DNA from: Octopus vulgaris
Taxonomy: Eukaryota
Direction of reading: 5' to 3'
Assembly: GCA_951406725.2 (NCBI GenBank)
Contig: OX597822.1
Location: 51,088,001 to 51,152,000 of the forward strand
DNA: 64,000 bases
The notes below the pieces were generated by a model that did not search any database, was not told the origin of the DNA, and was given only the letters and a program-made list of their open reading frames with translations. Made by a program: the position numbers and the translations under genes. Below, one piece after another: positions 55,761-64,000 of this stretch. Positions within the stretch are counted from its first letter, which is position 1; each line of letters opens with the position of its first letter.

Positions 55761-55796
55761 TATTACTATTATTATTATTATTATTGTTGTTGTTAT

Positions 55797-56509
55797 TCAG
55801 TAGTCTTTTTAGCACGTGCTTTCTACGAACTACCAAGCGCAGTTCTGTGTGTCTTTGGTATGTGTTGTGGTATATCCGGGTGTCGTTTATTTTTCACTGT
55901 GCCGAAATCGTTTGACGTATCATGTGTTTTGTGCCTAGTAGTGCTATTTTCTGTATACTGCATATTTTTGTAAGTACTGGCATTTGCATGTAGGTCTTTT
56001 AATGAAACCTAATCCATCTATTTTTATAGGGGTTATTTCTGGTTTTAAGCTCCATATCTCTATTATTTCTATTTCTAGATCTTCGTACTTTGAGAATGTT
56101 GGTTTCTTTTAAAGATACATTGTCTTCTGTCGGAATTACTATGTCTATTAAAAAAATTGTTTTCTTACCTGGTTTATTAGCTTTGAACTTTCTATCTGCG
56201 TGCATTGCCTTATCCTAGAACATGTTTGCGTTGTTATTTTTTGCGACCTTTTCTGGGATATACTTCTACAATTTTCCTTCTGTTGTCATTGCGTAGCATT
56301 GGCATAGCATACGGTATATCTAGGTACTAACTTTGTCATGCCTTTGGATATATTCCAACTTAGCCTGTACTGGGCAGCGAGAAACAATATGAGTTATTGA
56401 TTCTTTTCCTTCATCTCACATTTCGCAGTTATTTGCATCTTTCTTCATTATATGTTCCTGGTAACTATTGGTAGGGAGGCTTTGATGTTGTACTGCAATT
56501 AAAAATCCT

Positions 56510-56510
<1 letters not shown>
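55797..56510 (-). mobile_element. R4/Dong-clade 3' fragment, older copy
   Basis: Diverged homolog of 54681-55372 (MHADRKFKANKP...FLIDIVIPTEDNVSLKE). Confidence 0.8.
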
Positions 56511-56595
<85 letters not shown>

Positions 56596-56607
56596 CAACA
56601 ATAATAA

Positions 56608-56770
56608 TCATTTCTACTATAGACGCAAGACCTGAAATTTTAGAGGGAAGGGAGCCAGTCGATTAGATCGACCCCCGTACGCAATAGGTACTTAATTTAT
56701 CAACCCCGAAAGTCGACGTCGGCGGAATTTGAACTCAGAACATAAGGACAAGCGAAATACCTCTAAGCAA
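56608..56770 (-). mobile_element. SINE family B fragment
   Basis: gtcgattagatcgacccc...aaagtcgacgtcggcggaatttgaactcagaac. Confidence 0.75.
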
Positions 56771-57914
56771 AATTGAGATATTCGATCTTCCTAGATACAT
56801 CTATCAAGGCGTAAGTGTTATCAGCATGGGGTAGTGATAAAAATTTCATTTAAAATCTGCTGTAAATGAATGTTTTAAATATATGTTCCATTGTGAATAT
56901 GTTATGAATATGCCGCTTCTTTTTCACCGCTATTAGAATGTCTGTTATTTTCATTATCTTTATGATTCCATCTCATACGAAATAACAGCACTAATGAATT
57001 CATTTGCATACGACGACTTAATGACACCTGTATCAATTCCTACAGAGCATAAGCAACAACACTACTACACCTGTCTTTATTAGCGCAGCTACAAATATAC
57101 TGTTCTTAATTATTGCAAACTCCGTAGCAAGACCAATGTATCATGATTGTTAGCATCGAATATATGACGTGTATCGAGAATCAGGTAGATGGCATGTGTG
57201 GTGCCGGTATCGTATGTGTTGGTGTTGATGACGAATGATACCAGTCGTTTATTGTTAATTGAATGGCGCTTTCCGAATTTTATTAAAAAAGAAAGATGAT
57301 TTGGGGTTTAATATCACTAAATATACATACGAAACCTGGTCTTGGCAACAATGCCTTTTTAACTATTATTTTATATGGTTTCTTACGTTATATCATCGGA
57401 TATTTGCAGCCAATTTTTTTACATTGGCTTTGCTATTTATGTCAAAAGAGGAAGTTTGTATTTATCGTAATGAAGGGATGATGGTACTACTTGAAGAATC
57501 CCTAGAGAGGACGTTCTTGAAAAATATATTGCAGCTAGTAAGGTAGAATACTTCCGACACTTGTTCGGCATTGTTCAGTTTTAACACAGACTTTATGAAT
57601 TGTTTATGATATAGTTTTAAATTTACAACTATTAACATGAAATTCATATTAAGAAATTATAAGCTAAGGAAGTCATACGAAATTTTTCATTTTCTGTGTC
57701 TAATCAATCAGCACAGAAAAAAAAAACTATTCTCAACCAGTCCAAGTATTCTTATATGTTTTGTGCTTGTATATTTCTAAAGTATCTCGCAAATATTTTA
57801 GAGAACGGAAGTGGAAAGTGATTGATAGAGACTAGTGATCAAACAGTTTTTCATTGTGTTATAAAAATCATTCAATCACATATTAAAAGGAATGCTCACG
57901 ATAACAAACTTATT

Positions 57915-58125
57915 GGTTTCAAATTTTGACAGATGGCCAGTAATTTCTTGGGAAGGAATAAGTAGATTATACCAAACCTCAATGCTCAACGAGTACTTAT
58001 TTTATGAACACCGAAAGGATGTAAGGTAATGTTGAAATTGTCGGAATTTGAACCCAGAACGTAAAGACGGACGATATGACGCTAGGTATTTTGACCGGCA
58101 CACTAACAGGATTGTTGGCTCGCTG
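57915..58125 (-). mobile_element. SINE family B, diverged
   Basis: ccgaaaggatg...ggaatttgaacccagaacgtaaagacggacga similarity. Confidence 0.65.
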
Positions 58126-59339
58126 CTGTACAAAACCAAACTATTACATTTTGTTTTTATCCAAGATATCTACATAATTTTCAGCTTCAACAACTTGTGT
58201 AAAACAAAGTATATAAGTCGGTTAAACATTGCACTGATGGAAATAAAACTTAATACTACTTCATATTTGTTGGAAAGGTATATGTAATTGGTAGTGGATA
58301 TCCGTCGTTCAACAATGAGGATCCACTTGTTGAACTTAATTATCTACTGCGGAATGAACGTATAGGTGGCTTAGCATTTATGAAATTTCAGACTGAACCA
58401 TCATGATAAGGTCCGTGATAAGGCTGTAGTTTTTGAATTACAATTACAAGACCCCCGATGGGACTCGCTGCAGTTTCCGTCTAACTAATTTTACGTACAA
58501 GTCTTTCGCAGGTGCCTAATATGCCATGCATGGGGTGGATGAATCAGACGTCTTCTGATTGCGACGTCAACTTCTTTAAGATCACACTGCACTTAGCACA
58601 ATTGCGGTTAAATCTCTGCTTCATGTCAAATTACTGGTTAAATGAATGCAAAAGCTTGAATAAAATGAGTGTCAAAATATTTAGGAAACGCTTCCCCATA
58701 TCATAAATTCCAAATTACCTCCAATGTAAATTTATAATTACTTCATTGTAAAGTCTAATTTTATATCCAAAACTAACGATTTTTAAATAATTTGGTTCCT
58801 AAATTAATTAATATAATATTTCAAAAAAACAATGAGCAACCCTAAACTAAAATAAGCTATACACTAAAACAAAAGATTTTGTGTAAAACACGCTGAGCAA
58901 AAACCCATTAAGTAAATGTAAATCGATATATTAATAAATAAACAAAACTAAATTAATTTTCTGAAAAGCGTCAATTGAATATATTGTTATTTTGTGTTTC
59001 TCATATTTATGTGTTCGTTTATGGCATCTAAATAGGCACATACAAACAAAGAATCATAAAATGTAAAAGTTTAAACTATAAAATAAAGAAAATCGAATGT
59101 TAATTACTGCTAGAGACCTAACATAATAATTATTAAGTAATGCTTTGTATATTCGTATTCCTATACTAATAATGTTTGTGAAAATTTAACAAAATCTTTA
59201 ATTTCCTCATCACATAAATATTGCTAATGAAATTTTGTTATTGCCCACTTTATTAAACATGTTAACACAAATTTAACCTGTTTTCGTCTGCATTACGTTA
59301 TTTGAGCAATTAACTCCATGTATTAATTTCAATGAAGTA

Positions 59340-60130
59340 AAAAAAATTAAGTTTTAAAGTAGGATTCTCGGACTTCAATGCACTTGTAGCGTTCCAGCCA
59401 CTTTGTCAAAGTCCCATAAAAGTCCTCTAACGTGAAGGTGTCCAGGACCGTTGTCACTGCCTCTTTCATCTTCAGAACTATTGCTTCTCATTTTCTCCTT
59501 CAGCATGAAGAATAATCAAAAGACAAATGGAGCAAGATATGTAGGTTAGGAAGGGTAACGAATAACTTTGATGCCACCTGTTGTCATGTAGATGAAAATA
59601 AATGTTCATCACGGAGTAAGCTAGGAACAAAATTTGTAGAAATTTTGCGCATGTTCAGACCATCATGAATAATTCTATGTACACCAATTCCAAACTGTAT
59701 GTTTATTGCCGTTATGGACGCACGACGGTTTTCATCCAGAAAATTGGAAATTTTCGCAACGAGCTCTGATGATTTGACGTCTTACTCCAAGTCACACTTT
59801 TTATTATTACTCATCTTTTCTCTACCGTCATTGAAACTCTTTTACTAACAACAAAACAAAAATTATCTATACACTGTCTGCAGCATTTCATAATTTCCGT
59901 AGCGTATTTGCCATATGTTACACAAAATTTCATTGCATAGCGTACTTCCAAATGTGCCGACGTCATTCTGCAAACTAGTTAGCTGTGACAATCTGTGTCT
60001 ACTAGGACATGTTCAAGCTCTGTTACAGCCGTATTCTATAAATCTAAAAAAGCCTGGGGAGGTATGCTTATTAGATACATATCAATAATATAATAAGAAT
60101 AGTCCAGGACAGTTGGAACTACCTTCGCTA
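59340..60130 (-). mobile_element. Mariner remnant
   Basis: Minus-strand GVHRIIHDGLNMRKISTNFVPSLL (WVP-motif region); TIR-like end near 60100-60129. Confidence 0.7.
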
Positions 60131-60339
60131 AAATGTCTCAAAAATTGTATGTGGGTGTGTATGTATATGTATATACGTATATATGTATGTGTGTGTATGT
60201 GTTTATGACTATATGCATGTATATATATACATATATATATTATATATGTATGTATGAATGTATGTTTGAATGTATGAATGTAGATGTTTATGTCTACACG
60301 TGTGTGTTTTTGTAGCCGTGTAAGGAGAAAAAAGGGGGT

Positions 60340-61250
60340 ATGAGTATATAGCGAGCGTTCGGGCCAAAATTGCCACAATATATCAAGCAAAAACTAAAGT
60401 ATATATTTTATTTTTTCTCGGTTTAAAATATCAAGCAGATTATAGCTGAGAGATATCAATTTACTCAAAGTAGCCTCTGTCAGATTCAACCACGGCGTCA
60501 AGACTCTTTCGAAATATGGCACATGCGGCTTTCACTTTGTACCTGGGAAGATCTGTGAATACCTCCATGATTATGGCCATCAGCTCACACTTAGTGCTGT
60601 AGCAAATGAGTTGGAGTTTCTTTTTTCTCAACTGTGGTCCACAACAAGTAATCCATGGGATTACAATCAGTGGAATTACGAAGCAAATCGCGAGGAGATC
60701 TCTAGGAACCGAATTCTGGTGTCACATATACGGCCTTCCTGTAGCAACTCTCTCCAAACAATGATTGACCACAGTCTCTTCACATAAGCATCTGAATACA
60801 GTCTAAAACCCTATGATTCAATTGTTTGATGAATTCCGGCGTGGACACAGTCAGAACGCTTGCTGTGTACCTTCCTACTGGTCAAGGTTTCTTAGTCTCC
60901 GTTGCAGCTGTCCATGTCACATCTTACAGCCTTTACAAATTGCACAGAACACTGAACATCAATTATGTTGTCCGCATTTTGATATTCAGCGCAAATTATT
61001 GCTGCAGGTGAATCTTTCTCAATTGTCATCACATGCCTTCCATTTCTCCATGCCAGCTAACTTATTTTCACAACTACAACTTAAATAGTTATGCTTTCCA
61101 AATCGTTGACTGCTCACCCGTATTTCAAACTGTTCCTGAAAAAAGGAGGCATAACATGTCCTTAAATTTATCTTAAACACTCTGTATAACTGCGCTTACA
61201 ACTAAGAACCTTAAAGCACTGAAACAGATATTTTACGCGGGGTCGGTTTT
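60340..61250 (-). mobile_element. Tc1/mariner (maT-like) transposase remnant
   Basis: Minus-strand NSTDCNPMDYLLW corresponds to the SPDxNPLDYxxW motif. Confidence 0.6.
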
Positions 61251-61829
61251 ATCAATAGAAATAAGAGCTGTTAGAAGCTACATGTTTCCCAATCCGAAGC
61301 AAGTCTTTTGAATCTAGGATTATATATTGAATTCAAGAGCACTGAGGCCTATGAATTCCATACTTCGGTGCCATTTTGTCGCTAATTGTTGAAGGCATTT
61401 TGCTAATAAGATGCTCACACAAACCTACTAGAGATAACGATTTGCTCAGTTCCTGCCGATTCCTGACACCTGCAGTTAGTTGTTATGTTTGAAGCGAATT
61501 ACTCTTTCAGGGAAACTCTTCAAATGAGTTTTGCAATTATTTATCATTGTTAGGATATTTCTGTGTTTAATTTGTCTCTTGTGATCTTTTGTTAGAGATG
61601 GGGATGAATGAGCTTGTCTTGTCGGTGTTTCTTCCTCAATTAATTTATAGTAGCAATTTTGTGAGATTCTACCTGTTTTACAGTATCTCTTTTTGCTTAT
61701 TTATTTTCTCCATGGTTATTTATCAATCAACGCAAGTTTTGTATTTATTGTCAGCCATGAAGACAGAAAATATGTTCCTGATACGTAACTATTTGAATGA
61801 ATTTTCTACGAATTTGATTGCAGCACAGG

Positions 61830-62530
61830 ATTAAAGACTCCCCGACAGAAATCCGAGAAGGCGTATAATGAATCAGAATGCACAAAATATTTATAGAATA
61901 TGATGAAATGGCGAAGAAATAATTAACAGCATTGATTCTGGCTGCACAGTCTTAGCCATGAATGAAGATAATCAACAAAGATAACATAGTTCTGAGATAT
62001 AATAGAATTTATTTTTGGCAAATGAAATACCAAACGTAAAGGCATAGACCAATAAAGATCTTCCCAAAGGGCAAAGCAATCACAGTCTAATGTATTGGTT
62101 TATCGGATATACCAACATACTTAGGTAGGAAGATCAAGGTTTACAGACCAGATATTGTTCTCATAGGCCACCATGAAAAGATATGTTTCTTATTCCACAT
62201 ATCAGTCCTAAGACATGATGATATATCTCAAAAAGAAAATCGAATATTATCTACATAAAAAGATTTAGAAATAAGAATAATCAGGATGTGGTATCTAATA
62301 ACAGAACCTATCTCTGTAATCATGGTTGCTTTTGAAATGATAAAGCATAAATCATATATAATCAAAACAAGGGAAGCTATAAATATACATAACGTGCAAA
62401 AAAACTACCATTCTAGAAAGCTCACACACATTACGCATGATTTTTTTCAAAATAATTAAACTAATTAAAGTAACAGAATCTAATAATGCAATGTATTCTC
62501 AAGGTACACCGAACTGCAGTCGATAGGGCA
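61830..62530 (+). mobile_element. R4/Dong-clade 3' fragment, highly diverged
   Basis: agaccagatattgtt (RPDIV) and aaagatttagaaataagaataatcaggatgtgg (KDLEIRIIRMW); 3' UTR similar to the other copies. Confidence 0.7.
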
Positions 62531-62614
62531 ATGAAAGCAATAATAACAACAGCAACAACAACAAAAAAGAAGAAAAAACAAAAACAGGTACAGCAACAAT
62601 AATAATTATGATTT

Positions 62615-62815
62615 TAAGTTCTGGTTCAAGACTAGGAATTTTTGATGATAAGAGCGAGTCGATTATATCGACCCTAATACTCTACCGGTATTTTATTTCA
62701 TCGAGTCACAAGGGATGAAGACCAAAGTTGAATGGAACTTACAACAATAATACTTCGAAGTAATTTCGTCAAACGTTTTGTATGACGCGCTAACGACTCT
62801 GACAGATTGCCACCC
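62615..62815 (-). mobile_element. SINE family B, diverged
   Basis: gagtcgattatatcgaccc...cgctaacgactctgacag similarity. Confidence 0.6.
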
Positions 62816-63498
62816 CAATTACAATAAAAACAAAAACAACTATAACTACAGCAGTAACAAAAACAATAATGGTGATGATGATTATATTGAGGACGATGAT
62901 AATTGGAATGACGACAACGGTGATGGTGGTGGCGAAGTTAAGGATAACGCATGAAGAGTAGACTTACGTAAAGAATATATCAAACAATGTACTACATAAG
63001 CGATGTAAGTTTTTTTTTCTCTCTCTCTCTCACAATCTCATTCTCTGTATATAGATATATATATACACACACAAACACACACACACACACACGCACACAG
63101 ACTCACACACTCACACATATATGTTCATCTAGCATGCTTTCCGACTACACACGAGGTACTCTTTCCGTATTGTCGATAGTTGATTTTCCTTTTATTCTGG
63201 GGGCAAAACACATTTCAATTATCTAAGTATTGTTTTATCTAATAGTTTGTCAGCAAATTAAAAGTTTTTGGCTTGTTGAAATCCTAATGTGTGTCTGTTT
63301 TTCACTCTTGTTATGTCTCGCAGCAAGTTTACAGTCTAAGTTCAGAGATGAATAACTGTGGCAAATTAAAAGAATGCTGCTTGCAGGCCTTGTGCATCAC
63401 AAAGCACACATCCATGCAAGCACCCACAATCCCACTTTTACGCATACAGACACATAAACAATTACCTGTATACATGCATACATGCATTAATACATGCA

Positions 63499-63544
<46 letters not shown>

Positions 63545-63619
63545 TATACATATATACATATATATACATATATACATATATAGACATATATACATATATA
63601 TATACACATATATACATAT

Positions 63620-63678
<59 letters not shown>

Positions 63679-63681
63679 TAA

Positions 63682-63726
<45 letters not shown>

Positions 63727-64000
63727 TATATATATATATGCATATATACATATACATAAATATACAGATATGCATAGATATCTATATATGCATATACATA
63801 TAAATCCACACATACATACATAAATACATACCTGTACATGTGTTCTGCTGGTTTCCATTTCTTGTGTTCTTTCTATTCTACCTTTGATTTATCCAGCCGG
63901 TGCACTGTACAACCTGTTGTTTACTTTGTGTGTATATATATGTGTGTGTATATATGTGTGAGTGTATGTGTATACATGTGTGTGTGTGTGCATACATGTA

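Overview
AT-rich, repeat-saturated animal genomic DNA. The SINE families, the (TA)n/(TAA)n/(CA)n density and the retroelement mix suggest an octopus or other coleoid cephalopod, which is an inference. No host exon, intact gene, rRNA or CRISPR array is supportable, and most listed ORFs are microsatellite artefacts. The window is a patchwork of decayed Penelope-like elements (PLEs), R4/Dong-type LINEs in (TAA)n, L1/Tx1 and CR1 fragments, a Gypsy LTR/gag remnant, Tc1/mariner elements, Helitrons and three tRNA-derived SINE families. The standout signal is at least 14 hammerhead-ribozyme (HHR)-like motifs in short, mostly microsatellite-embedded, PLE-associated non-coding elements. They include a 496-nt retrozyme-like unit with a perfect 123-bp terminal redundancy, cores with compensatory U3:A8 and G3:C8 swaps, several snap-back inverted repeats, and one motif (15963-16074, minus strand) with all three hammerhead strands in a non-circularly permuted order and helix II apparently replaced by a four-way junction. 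All pairings were read by eye, and no cleavage activity is demonstrated.
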